A stretch of 64,000 bases of DNA from a virus (Duplodnaviria; Heunggongvirae; Uroviricota; Caudoviricetes): the IMG/VR virus record IMGVR_UViG_3300041405_000148, positions 89,310-153,309 of that record, one strand, 5' to 3'. The notes under the pieces are model-generated. The model saw nothing but the letters and a program-made list of their open reading frames with translations, ran no database searches and was not told the origin of the DNA. The translations under genes were made by a program, and so were the position numbers. This document shows, piece after piece, positions 46,988-56,480 of this stretch; positions within the stretch are counted from its first letter, which is position 1; each line of letters opens with the position of its first letter.

Positions 46988-47569
46988 ATGTCACTTAATC
47001 TGCAAAAAGGTTCTTCCCTGAAACTGACTAAAGATGATGGTAAAACTGCCCTAAATCGTATTCGTGTAGAGCTGTCTTGGAACCCTAACGAAGGATCTTC
47101 GCAGTATTCGTTTGACTTGGATGTAATCGGTGCAGTTTGTAAGAATGAGAATCTGCAAGCTGTTTCTGGTGAACATGTTGCTTTCTTTAATCAGAAGAAT
47201 ACTGCGGCTATCCAGGTATCCCCTGATAATACAACTGGTGCTGGCGATGGTGTAGATGAGTTCCTGGATATTACTCTGAACAATGTTCCGGTAGAAGGTG
47301 ACCGAATCCCAGTCCTGGTATGTATTTATGGTGCTCGTGGCAAGAATCAGAGTTTTTCTCAGGTAGATGGTGCAACAGTTGTGCTGCGTGATCTGGATAA
47401 CGGTAAAGTAGTTGGTTCTTGTAACATCTCTGAGAAAGGCTCATCTACAGATGAATCTCTGCTGGTAGGTGTTTTTGAGAAGCAGTCTGATGGCTCTTTT
47501 GTTTACAATCAGGTGAACGAGTTTTACAATAAGAGTTTTGAAGAGTGGATTGGTGTTTTCACTAACTAA
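46988..47569 (+). CDS. terD: TerD-domain protein
   Basis: MSLNLQKGSSLKLTKD...RVELSWNP...DLDVIGAV...GDG. This is the TerD/CABP fold signature. Confidence 0.75.
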   Translation: MSLNLQKGSSLKLTKDDGKTALNRIRVELSWNPNEGSSQYSFDLDVIGAVCKNENLQAVSGEHVAFFNQKNTAAIQVSPDNTTGAGDGVDEFLDITLNNVPVEGDRIPVLVCIYGARGKNQSFSQVDGATVVLRDLDNGKVVGSCNISEKGSSTDESLLVGVFEKQSDGSFVYNQVNEFYNKSFEEWIGVFTN

Positions 47570-47587
47570 GAGCAAATAAATAGATTA

Positions 47588-47614
47588 AGGCCCTTGTTTA
47601 GGAGGGCCTGTTTT
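47588..47614 (+). terminator. rho-independent terminator
   Basis: aggccc-loop-gggcct followed by gtttt. Confidence 0.5.
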
Positions 47615-47639
47615 AACAAAGATAAAGGAGATACTTAAC

Positions 47640-48230
47640 ATGGCAATTACTTTGGAAAAAGGTTCTAAACTCTCTCTGGATAAGTTCCAGGCATCAGACC
47701 TTAAAGTCCTTCGTGTAGAAATGACGTGGGATGCACCAGAAACCACAGGTTCAAAGTTCAAAACTTATGACTACGATTTGGATGTTATTGCTTTCATTAT
47801 TGATGAGAACAAAAAAGCTGTAAATAACTATAAACATTTTTGCTTCTTTGGACAGCAAGTCACCCCAGCAATCGAGAGTTCTGGTGATGACCTGAATGGT
47901 GAAGATGGTGGTGAATCCCTTCTGATCACACTGGATAATGTGCCAAAGAATGGTGTACAGATCCCTATCATCGTTGACTTACACAAGGCTAAAGAGCGTA
48001 AACAAAATCTGTCTCAGATGAAATCAGGTAACCTGCGTATCCTGAACCATGACACAGATGAGCTACTGGCTGAAGTAAACATGAGTCAGTTTGCAAGCAA
48101 CGAAACATCTTTCCTGTTTGCTTTCATCAACCGTACTGCAACAGGTTTTGAGGTAGAAAGTGCTCCAACAGGGTTTGATAAAAACATTCAGGATTGGGTT
48201 GATCTTTATGGAATTGACTTGAGCAAGTAA
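47640..48230 (+). CDS. terD: TerD-domain protein (second copy)
   Basis: MAITLEKGSKLSLDKF...RVEMTWD...DYDLDVIAF...GEDGG. Confidence 0.75.
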   Translation: MAITLEKGSKLSLDKFQASDLKVLRVEMTWDAPETTGSKFKTYDYDLDVIAFIIDENKKAVNNYKHFCFFGQQVTPAIESSGDDLNGEDGGESLLITLDNVPKNGVQIPIIVDLHKAKERKQNLSQMKSGNLRILNHDTDELLAEVNMSQFASNETSFLFAFINRTATGFEVESAPTGFDKNIQDWVDLYGIDLSK

Positions 48231-48250
48231 TCTTTAAGTGGTAATATCAA

Positions 48251-48273
48251 TGGGTGACAATAAGTCACCCATA
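48251..48273 (+). promoter_or_regulatory. perfect hairpin atgggtgac-aataa-gtcacccat (terminator or regulatory stem)
   Basis: 9-bp perfect stem. The following T-tract is weak. Confidence 0.35.
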
Positions 48274-48290
48274 TTAATTTCAGGAGTCTT

Positions 48291-49178
48291 ATGAGCACCG
48301 ATTATAAAAACCTTTTTAATACAAAGAAAGATTATTCTAATCTGTTTTCTAATAAGGAAAATACCCAATCACAACCTAAGCAGGAAAGAAACATGGCATA
48401 TAAAAATTTATTTGATAATGTTGTCAATGAAACAAAACCTGCAAGGGTTCAAACAACATTACCTCAAAAAGTTGTTGACCCACGAGTTGCTGATATACAA
48501 GCAATTGACCCTAAGATCAGCACACATGCAGTCATCGAATGGCTTGAAGCTTTTGATGACAACATGAAAAAGTTAACCCAAACTAATCATGGACTCTCTC
48601 AAAGAGAACTGGATTTGGCTATGGAATTCACTGATGGAAGACTCTGTGTCCAAGAGCTTTTTAATCAGATCAAGGCAACAGTTGCAACGCTGAAAGGGCC
48701 AGAAAAGAAAACAGGGTTTCTATCAAAGCTCTTTAACTCAGATCAAGAGTTTAAATTAAGTCAAGATTTGATCACACAAGTTATTCAGACAATTAGAAAA
48801 CTATTAGAAGATTTCAAAAATAAGTCTAAATATAATAATAGTATGTTTATTAAATCTGAGATGCGTAGGATCGAATCAAACATTTTTGATTTGAAAAGTG
48901 AATTGGAGTGTGCTAGAGTAGCTGCAACTTACTTAGTCAATCAAGATGATTTTAAAGGTGCAGCAAGACTTGAAAAGGTTAAGCAACTCTCAGGGTTAGT
49001 GAATGTCTCAGAGTTGCAATTAAAAAATACTTACAATCTTCTTGAGAAAGATATGGAAGCATATGAGAACTTAAAAGACGTGACAGTACCTTTTTTGTAT
49101 GCTAAGATCCAAGGATTAATGAGTAGTACTTTAGATTCTGAAGCACTCAATGTTATTAACGATATAAATAAACTCTGA
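48291..49178 (+). CDS. TelA-like (toxic anion resistance) family candidate (295 aa)
   Basis: All-helical protein with N-terminal Y(K/S)NLF repeats. Position is between terD and the HAD/PRTase genes. Sequence match to TelA not verified. Confidence 0.3.
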   Translation: MSTDYKNLFNTKKDYSNLFSNKENTQSQPKQERNMAYKNLFDNVVNETKPARVQTTLPQKVVDPRVADIQAIDPKISTHAVIEWLEAFDDNMKKLTQTNHGLSQRELDLAMEFTDGRLCVQELFNQIKATVATLKGPEKKTGFLSKLFNSDQEFKLSQDLITQVIQTIRKLLEDFKNKSKYNNSMFIKSEMRRIESNIFDLKSELECARVAATYLVNQDDFKGAARLEKVKQLSGLVNVSELQLKNTYNLLEKDMEAYENLKDVTVPFLYAKIQGLMSSTLDSEALNVINDINKL

Positions 49179-49189
49179 GGAGAGACACT

Positions 49190-50269
49190 ATGTCATACGG
49201 CAACCTTTTTACAACAGAAACAAAAACTGAATCACAGGCTACTAAGCCAACTAGTTTTGAACAGTCAGTTAAATCACTCCCTGTCCTTAAGGATGCAGAA
49301 GGTAAAGTTTACCCAATGGAGTTGAAAGACATTCAGAATTTTGGTATTGTTAAAAACTCAAAACAATCTGAAATCAATAACCAAATTCTGTCAAAGACAT
49401 TGGTCGCAGATAGTGGTGTAATGGCCCAGGGTTTTACTCAGATCATGGCGCTTTCCCAAAAAGTAGATATTGGATCTCTCTCTGATGGTAAAGTTGGCCT
49501 GTTTAAATCTATTCGTAATAAGTTTATTGATCGAAAAGCTGAGGTTAAAGCACAGTTTACAACTGTTCGGAGTCAGATCACAACCATTGCTTCGGAACTA
49601 AAGAACAACATTGTAGAGATGCAGAAAGAAGGTCAGTGGCTTGACCAAATGTACAAAGTCAATCTTGAAGAAGTACGTATGTGGGAACAAAACAAGGTTT
49701 TGGTTAATGAAGCCTTTACTACAGCAGAAGAATATTTGAAACATCTTGTTGACAATGGAGCACCAATAGAGCAAATTGAAGAGACACGGATGAAAGTTAA
49801 TGCGTTGAGCAAGCAAAGTGATAAAGTTAATAAAATGCATCAGCTTAGTGCTATTGCAGCGCCTGAGATCAGGATGATGCAGGTAACAAATTTCAACAAT
49901 ATTAATAAGTTTAATGACATTATTGAATTAACTATCCCATATTGGGAAAAGAAAATGTCACTTGCACTAAATGCTGAGAATCAGCGCAAGCAGATCGCAC
50001 AAGCAAAAATTATGGATGACTTCACTAATGATTTAATCAAAGAAACTGCTAAACAGGTTGGACAAAACATGGTAGAGTCAGCTAAAGCAAACCAGCGTGG
50101 TATTGCTGATGTAGATGTAATGGTAGAGGCAACAAACGTGATCATCAACTCTATTAAAGAGGTTGTTGAGATTGATAAAGAAGGGAATAATACCCGTAAA
50201 GAGAACGCCAAGAAGATTGAAAAATCGTTGGTTGACATGGAAGATACTCTACGGTCAGTACTTTCTTAA
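49190..50269 (+). CDS. TelA-like protein (359 aa)
   Basis: Size and helical character fit TelA/KlaA. N-terminal YGNLF motif shared with the upstream gene. Sits in ter context. Confidence 0.4.
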   Translation: MSYGNLFTTETKTESQATKPTSFEQSVKSLPVLKDAEGKVYPMELKDIQNFGIVKNSKQSEINNQILSKTLVADSGVMAQGFTQIMALSQKVDIGSLSDGKVGLFKSIRNKFIDRKAEVKAQFTTVRSQITTIASELKNNIVEMQKEGQWLDQMYKVNLEEVRMWEQNKVLVNEAFTTAEEYLKHLVDNGAPIEQIEETRMKVNALSKQSDKVNKMHQLSAIAAPEIRMMQVTNFNNINKFNDIIELTIPYWEKKMSLALNAENQRKQIAQAKIMDDFTNDLIKETAKQVGQNMVESAKANQRGIADVDVMVEATNVIINSIKEVVEIDKEGNNTRKENAKKIEKSLVDMEDTLRSVLS

Positions 50270-50289
50270 AAATACTTAGGAGAACTAAA

Positions 50290-50937
50290 ATGATTTTATC
50301 TTTTGATGTATGGAATACACTGCTGTCGGCTAACCCTGAGTTTAAAACTGCACGTATTGACGCTATTGTTTCTGAAACAGGTCTACCTAAGATTGCTGTA
50401 GCCACAAAGCTGCGTGACACCAAACGTGTACTCGACTTCATTCAAGAAGATACTGGCAAAGCTTTTACATCTTTATTTTGTTGGAAGCTGTTCTTGAAAC
50501 ATGTGAATTATGAAGGAGATATTGATGAAATGGGGAGGACTTTACTGGAAATCTCAAATACTTTGTTTGTAAGGTATCCTCCATCTTTTGATGTTGAGTT
50601 GGTAAAGGTAATTCGTAAAATGAAGAAGGGCATGTCACACATTGATGAGATAGTACTAGTGAGCAATACTAACTTCGTACCAGGTAATCTACTTTGGACA
50701 ACTTGTTTTGAACACCTAGATTTGTTTGATAGTGCATTCTTTTCAGATCAGTGGGGTGTTGGTAAACCAAGTGAAGAAGCTTTCGCTCGTGGTTGGCCTT
50801 TAATTTGTGGTCGGAAAGTGATTCATGTAGGGGACACTATTGTCACTGATGGTGCTTGTACAAAGTATGGTGCAGAATTTATCTTGGTAAAAGATCCATC
50901 AGACACACTTAAACGCTTGACAGAGTTTACGGTCTAA
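50290..50937 (+). CDS. HAD-superfamily hydrolase (ter-linked phosphatase)
   Basis: Motif I FDVWNTL (the second Asp is replaced by Trp), motif II VLVSNT, motif III GKP, motif IV GDTIVTD. Confidence 0.55.
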   Translation: MILSFDVWNTLLSANPEFKTARIDAIVSETGLPKIAVATKLRDTKRVLDFIQEDTGKAFTSLFCWKLFLKHVNYEGDIDEMGRTLLEISNTLFVRYPPSFDVELVKVIRKMKKGMSHIDEIVLVSNTNFVPGNLLWTTCFEHLDLFDSAFFSDQWGVGKPSEEAFARGWPLICGRKVIHVGDTIVTDGACTKYGAEFILVKDPSDTLKRLTEFTV

Positions 50938-50976
50938 CGTAACCTTGCTGCAACTTAACTACACAGGAATTAAATA

Positions 50977-51810
50977 ATGAATCAAACTACACAATTTGCT
51001 GTACACTACTTTGATAATCTTGAAGATATGTCATTTTGTCCAAAAGATTACTCCTTCCTAAAGTTCGGTAGCGACAAAGTGGCTAAAAAGTTTGGGTATG
51101 AGTTGGCAGAAGCTTTCTTTCAAGAACATAAAAGTCGATTGGTTGCGGAGCAATTTGTTGTGATCCCTTCTCCGTATAATTATGTTAAGAATGCTGCAAC
51201 CATTATGTCAGAGCACTTTGTAGACCGTTTAAATCATCTTGTAGTAAGTGCGGGAGGTTTGCATGTAGAATGGAGTACTATTAACCGTAAGATGTCTTAC
51301 ATTAAAGATTATGGCTTCCTGTCAGCAGACGAAAGGAAGAAACTTATTGATGGGGACACTTTTCATGTGAATAAAGGCTATCTGGAAGGTAAAAACCTTA
51401 TTTTCATTGACGATGTAAACATCACTGGTACACATGAAAGGAAGTTAGAAGAGATTCTGGATGAAAGTCAAGTTTTTAATGATAGATTTTTCTTATATTA
51501 TGGTAAATTTGTTGATAGTGGTAAAGCTGGCGCTGACATTGAATCTAAAATCAACTTTGCAGGTATTCAAGATTTAGAGGATTTTGTAAAGTTAACCAAG
51601 GAACCTAATCACCAAATTATTGTAAGACCTATAAAATTCTTGTTGTCAAGGACTCCAAATAAATTTGAACAGTTTGTAGATTTGGTGGATGAAGAATTCT
51701 TATGTAAACTTTATTATGGTGCTATTGCAGAAGGTTATTATAACATTCCTGATTATAAGTTAAACCTGAATTATTTAAATTGGTACATCCAGAAAGAAGA
51801 AAACAAATAA
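50977..51810 (+). CDS. phosphoribosyltransferase (PRTase) domain protein
   Basis: PRPP-binding loop NLIFIDDVNITGT. Confidence 0.6.
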   Translation: MNQTTQFAVHYFDNLEDMSFCPKDYSFLKFGSDKVAKKFGYELAEAFFQEHKSRLVAEQFVVIPSPYNYVKNAATIMSEHFVDRLNHLVVSAGGLHVEWSTINRKMSYIKDYGFLSADERKKLIDGDTFHVNKGYLEGKNLIFIDDVNITGTHERKLEEILDESQVFNDRFFLYYGKFVDSGKAGADIESKINFAGIQDLEDFVKLTKEPNHQIIVRPIKFLLSRTPNKFEQFVDLVDEEFLCKLYYGAIAEGYYNIPDYKLNLNYLNWYIQKEENK

Positions 51811-51834
51811 TTGTCATTTAAAAGAGGAAAAATA

Positions 51835-52755
51835 ATGAACGAACAAGCTCAAGCAATTAAGAAAGTAGTGAAGTATGTAGGACTTGCAATTCTGGCGATT
51901 GTAGCTATTATCACTGCATTAAATTCTTACACTGTTGTCCAAGATGGCACAGTCAAGACTCAGACTTTCCTAGGTAAAGTAAACCCAGAGCCTGTTAAAC
52001 CTGGTTTCCATCTGGTTAACCCGTTTGCAAGCTTTGACACCTTCAGCACCAAAGACATTGCTCTGAAGTTTGATAAGCTGCAAGTGCCAAGCCAGGACAA
52101 GTTTAAGTCAAGTGTTGACATGACTGTTATGCTGAAGTTTGATGGCAATAAAGCACCTATCAACCGCATCAATGCAGGCACACAAGACCAAGCCTTAGAA
52201 AAATACGTAACTGAGAAACTGCTTTCAACTGTACGTGAGTTTGGTAAGTCAGTGCCAAAAGCACAAGACCTGTTTAATGCCGATATTCAGGCTAAACTAC
52301 AGACTCAGGTTCAGCAAGAGATTGAAGAGTATGCACGTCCATATGGTTACACAGTAAGTCAGATTTTCCTGCAAGACATCACTCTGCCGGAAGTTATTAT
52401 GACTCAGGTAACTAACACCAAGATCCGTGAAGAGCAGGTTAACGCAGCTAAAGCAGAACTGGCACGTGTGCAACAGGAAACACAGCAAAGCGTAGCTAAG
52501 GCAGTTGCAGACCGTGAATCTCGTGCTAATGAAGCACAGGCTAATGAGCGTGATGCAGATGCTAAGCTTTATGCCGCACAGAAAGAAGCTGAGGCTAACG
52601 CCGTACTGCAACGCACAATTACCCCAGAGATGATTCGTTGGAAAGAGCTGGAAGTGTCAATGAAACGTGCTGAGAAATATCAAGGTGGTGTTCCAAGTAC
52701 AGTAATTGGTGCTGACTACGAAGGTAAACTAATTATGGATACCCGGTCTAAATAA
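51835..52755 (+). CDS. SPFH/band-7 (HflC/prohibitin-like) membrane protein
   Basis: N-terminal TM, then YTVVQDGTVKTQTFLGKV...PGFHLVNPF..., followed by a long coiled-coil tail. The ATG at 51835 follows an AAGAGGAAAAA ribosome-binding site. Confidence 0.7.
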   Translation: MNEQAQAIKKVVKYVGLAILAIVAIITALNSYTVVQDGTVKTQTFLGKVNPEPVKPGFHLVNPFASFDTFSTKDIALKFDKLQVPSQDKFKSSVDMTVMLKFDGNKAPINRINAGTQDQALEKYVTEKLLSTVREFGKSVPKAQDLFNADIQAKLQTQVQQEIEEYARPYGYTVSQIFLQDITLPEVIMTQVTNTKIREEQVNAAKAELARVQQETQQSVAKAVADRESRANEAQANERDADAKLYAAQKEAEANAVLQRTITPEMIRWKELEVSMKRAEKYQGGVPSTVIGADYEGKLIMDTRSK

Positions 52756-52764
52756 GGAGTTAAT

Positions 52765-53118
52765 ATGAATCGAATCGTAATCAATGGTCAGGTTATTAAC
52801 GGAGATTTAGTTGGTGGCAAATCCATCAATATCTCAAGTAATGGTGATAAGGTCATTATCAACGGCTCTGAAGTCTTCACCACAACAAGCAAAACCATTT
52901 ACATCACTATTGAAGGAAATGTAGAAGGTAACGTAGAAACTGTCTCTGGAGATGTTGAGGTTTATGGCAACGTTCTGCGAGGTATTTCAACAACTTCTGG
53001 GGATGTTGATGTGGACGGTGATGTAGGGGAAGGTGTAAAAACAGTATCTGGTGATGTTTCTGCCAGCTCAATTAAGGGTAATGTTAAAACCGTTTCCGGT
53101 GATATCCGAACAAAGTAA
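52765..53118 (+). CDS. beta-helix repeat protein (bactofilin/DUF4097-like)
   Basis: Five or more repeats of (T)VSGDV...G(N/D)V with a period of about 18-20 aa. Confidence 0.35.
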   Translation: MNRIVINGQVINGDLVGGKSINISSNGDKVIINGSEVFTTTSKTIYITIEGNVEGNVETVSGDVEVYGNVLRGISTTSGDVDVDGDVGEGVKTVSGDVSASSIKGNVKTVSGDIRTK

Positions 53119-53180
53119 AATTGTTTTAAATGAAAGGGGCAGATGCCCCTTTTTGTTTTATAGAGTAAAAGGAGATTTAT

Positions 53181-53672
53181 TTGATCAAGAAGATAACATT
53201 GGCGGTATTGTTCGGCCTTATGATGGGAAATGCCCAAGCAAAACCAAAAGAAAGACCAAAGACAGTTCACATATGTACGTCTTCAGACACACCCCAGAAT
53301 GTTTTAAGCTGTGCCATGTACTTCGAAGCGAGGAGTGAAAAAGAAAAGGGAATGGAGTATGTAGGTAATGTGATCCTTAATCGGAGGAGTCATGATCAAT
53401 ACCCATCTAAAATGAGTAAGGTGGTATACCAAAAGCACCAATTCTCTTATGTTCGTAAGAGGTTGAAAATTCAGGATAAAGACAGTTGGAAGTTAGCTCA
53501 AAATGTAGCAAGAAAACTTTTATCAATGTCAGATGAAAAAAGACGCTTAACAGATCCAAGCAAAGGGGCTATATTCTTCACAAGAAAAGATATCAAACGT
53601 TCTTGGGCTAAGCATTACCAAAGAACAGCGTCTTATGGCAAACATGTTTTTTATCGGGAGAGAATTAAATGA
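53181..53672 (+). CDS. SleB-like cell-wall hydrolase with signal peptide
   Basis: Signal peptide, then AMYFEARSE...VGNVILNR...YPSKM, the Hydrolase_2 (SleB) signature. Confidence 0.6.
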   Translation: MIKKITLAVLFGLMMGNAQAKPKERPKTVHICTSSDTPQNVLSCAMYFEARSEKEKGMEYVGNVILNRRSHDQYPSKMSKVVYQKHQFSYVRKRLKIQDKDSWKLAQNVARKLLSMSDEKRRLTDPSKGAIFFTRKDIKRSWAKHYQRTASYGKHVFYRERIK

Positions 53673-53914
53673 TTTTATTTTATCTACGAAATCGATGGAC
53701 TGGAGAAGTGGTTACATTTGACTCTGGTTATAATGAAGAAGGTAGTTGGGTAGAGTTGGATTATGGTTATTCAAATCCTTACTTTAACAGAGAAGACATT
53801 CTTAAGAAAATTGCTTCAGGTGAAACTAAGAGTACTTGGTCTGTTGAAATTTCCAACTGCATCCAAAAAGATGCAGAAGAGGGTCTTTTAGAGGTTATCG
53901 AAGTAGAACTTTAA
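53669..53914 (+). CDS. hypothetical protein (81 aa)
   Basis: ORF. Confidence 0.4.
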   Translation: MILFYLRNRWTGEVVTFDSGYNEEGSWVELDYGYSNPYFNREDILKKIASGETKSTWSVEISNCIQKDAEEGLLEVIEVEL

Positions 53915-54144
53915 CAAGGGGAAAATAAATGAATAAATTTTGGTGAGGAGTTAAAAGTGAAAAGAAAGGAAATTAAAGAATTCTTAAAGGCTTTTGAATT
54001 ATGGAAGTCTAAAGGTTCACCTGAGATGATCCCTGTTGTTACGGGCAAAGGCCCTTTTAGTTCTAAATTAACTCTTGCATCTAACTTCAGATTGTTTCAT
54101 CTTTATGATCCTAAATATGTGAGACTTGCAGAGGAGATTGTTGA

Positions 54145-54408
54145 ATGAAACCAATAGAACCTGGCTGCAAGGCTATGATTATTGGATTAGTTGTCCACAC
54201 TGAAGATAACTATAAAATTGTAGATGTTGTTGGTAAGGAATGGTATGAGGATGGTGAGGGTTGGCTTTGTGAAGGAGATATAATTTCACAAGAGGGTTTT
54301 GTTGGGATCTCCGCTTATAATGAAAGGAATTTAATACGTATTGATGACCCATTAAATGAAGATAACCCATACCAAGTAAAAGATAAGGAGAAAAGTGATG
54401 CAACATAA
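54145..54408 (+). CDS. hypothetical protein (87 aa)
   Basis: ORF. Confidence 0.4.
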   Translation: MKPIEPGCKAMIIGLVVHTEDNYKIVDVVGKEWYEDGEGWLCEGDIISQEGFVGISAYNERNLIRIDDPLNEDNPYQVKDKEKSDAT

Positions 54409-54560
54409 AGTCTTCCTAACTAAATCTGATGTTCAGGATGTTGTTGTAGGGGAACTGATCGGCATAGGTTATCCTTATATCCACAATGTGTACCGTATAT
54501 CAAATGAAGGTACTTTAAATTTTATTTACCATTTTACTAAATCAAAAGAAGGAGAATCAC

Positions 54561-54953
54561 ATGAAAAAACTTATTGCAGCTGTTGCAATCGTCCTGTCAG
54601 TGTGTGCTAGTGCTCAAGCACAGAATCTGGATATCAAGAAATGCGACAGTGTAGTTGTCGCTGTAAAGCACCCTGACACCCCAAGCCAAGAGATTATCCA
54701 GCTTTCTCCTGTGAAAAAGAAATCTGTAATGATCCTTGACTCAGGTGAGCAATTTCAGGTAGTCTATGAGGGTGGCAGGATCGCTTCACCAGTCTTAACT
54801 GAGGTAGCACCAGGTATTAAATCTAACCTTGGTAAGCTTCCGAATGGGGAACAGGCAATGTTCATCAAACGTGATGGTGATTACCAAGTAACAGGTGATG
54901 GTGTACGATACCTTCTGTTTAAAGATTGTGTTGACGCAACAAGCCTAATTTGA
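54561..54953 (+). CDS. secreted protein (130 aa)
   Basis: Signal peptide MKKLIAAVAIVLSVCASAQA. Confidence 0.5.
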   Translation: MKKLIAAVAIVLSVCASAQAQNLDIKKCDSVVVAVKHPDTPSQEIIQLSPVKKKSVMILDSGEQFQVVYEGGRIASPVLTEVAPGIKSNLGKLPNGEQAMFIKRDGDYQVTGDGVRYLLFKDCVDATSLI

Positions 54954-54992
54954 TAAAATCTTAGTACACAAACAAATAAGAGGAATTACTAA

Positions 54993-55559
54993 ATGAAGAA
55001 ACTGTTTCTGGCAAGTGTGGTTGTAGGTCTCGCTGTCCTTGTAGCAGGTTGTGATGATGAGGATGAACAAAAACGGACTCAGCAAGTGTATTCAGAGCAG
55101 CAAGTCCAACAGAATTATGATCAACAACAGCAAGCCCAGCAGGCTCCTGCAGTGATGCAACAGCCTCCACAAACTGTTGTGGTGCAAGGTTCTAATGGTG
55201 GTCATTCTGGCCCGTCTATGAGTGATGTTATTGTAGGATCAGCTTTAGGCAGCGTTGCAGGAACTGTAGTGGGCAATCATCTGTCAGGTAATACTGGCAA
55301 TAATAACAATGGAGGTTATCGTGAAGTCAATCGTACTACAGTCATTAATAACAACACTCGCTCTGGTAGCTATTCTCAGCCTAGCCGTAGCATTGTTAGC
55401 AAACCTGTGTCTCGAAGCCTTTCTACAACAAAGTCTGTGAGTACATTTAGCTCCTCTCGACCATCTAGTTCTTATAGTTCACCTTCACGGTCTTACAGTA
55501 GCAAGAGTTATAGTCGAAGCAGTAGCAGCTTTCGGTCTAGTTCATCACGTCGTCGATAA
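54993..55559 (+). CDS. lipoprotein with a glycine-zipper segment and a Ser/Arg-rich tail
   Basis: Lipobox LVAGC. Q-rich linker. VIVGSALGSVAGTVVGNHLSG glycine zipper. C-terminal SRS/SSS repeats. Confidence 0.6.
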   Translation: MKKLFLASVVVGLAVLVAGCDDEDEQKRTQQVYSEQQVQQNYDQQQQAQQAPAVMQQPPQTVVVQGSNGGHSGPSMSDVIVGSALGSVAGTVVGNHLSGNTGNNNNGGYREVNRTTVINNNTRSGSYSQPSRSIVSKPVSRSLSTTKSVSTFSSSRPSSSYSSPSRSYSSKSYSRSSSSFRSSSSRRR

Positions 55560-55845
55560 TTGGAGGATTTCATGTTAAAATCAGGAATGAAGTTAAGATG
55601 TTCAGGTCTAGGTGGGAACCCGGATTTTAAACCAGGTACTGTTTACACAGTTATTGAAGTGGTTGATGAAAATGAAAGTCCTTATTTAGTTACAATTCGT
55701 GATGATGGTGGATTTTTGTGCCATTGTTTAATTTCACCAACACACCGATGCCCTCATGCAGGGGAGTGGGAAATTATAAGTTGACTTTTACTTGGAGGGA
55801 TTCTACAATCCCTCTTGTTAAAAGAAATCACATTTTGGAGTTACG

Positions 55846-56046
55846 ATGAGTCATTGTATTGAAGAAGTTGAAGTGTTTTATGTTGAGTTAGTGAACCGTG
55901 TGACAGGAGAGCTAATTAGGGATGTATATTGTGGTCAAGATTATGAGCAAGCACAACGAGAAAAGGACAACATGGATCTTATTTGGGATGATGGCTCAAC
56001 ATACACTTCTATCGTTTCTGATTTTGTTGATGAAGACCAAATTTAA
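55846..56046 (+). CDS. hypothetical protein (66 aa)
   Basis: ORF. Confidence 0.4.
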   Translation: MSHCIEEVEVFYVELVNRVTGELIRDVYCGQDYEQAQREKDNMDLIWDDGSTYTSIVSDFVDEDQI

Positions 56047-56055
56047 GGGGAGACA

Positions 56056-56286
56056 ATGAGTAATATTATTAATGTAGATTTTCTGGCTAAGAAAAAGATT
56101 GAATCATTTACAATAACACCTTGGAAATGTATTATTTGTCTTCAAGGTTTTGAATCAGATTCAAGGAATGTAAGTGAAAGCAAGCGAGTTTTTGTTCGGG
56201 AAGCGACACGGAAGAAAGAGGCTGAGTATATTTGCAAAGAGTGTTGCTTGGTTATTGCAAAGATTGCAAAAGAGGAGAATTGGTAA
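56056..56286 (+). CDS. hypothetical protein (76 aa)
   Basis: ORF. Confidence 0.4.
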   Translation: MSNIINVDFLAKKKIESFTITPWKCIICLQGFESDSRNVSESKRVFVREATRKKEAEYICKECCLVIAKIAKEENW

Positions 56287-56480
56287 TATGTTGGTTATTG
56301 AAGATTATACAGATCTAAGTAAGGCACCTTTGGATAAGCTTTATAAACTGCGAGATGTTGCAACAGATAACTGTATTGAACAGAAGCGTGAATATCAAGA
56401 AGCTCAAGAACGTCTGGTTGAAATTCAGATGGAGATCGCTAATAGAAAAGCACAAGTAAGTTCACTCTAAAGGAGGTTTA

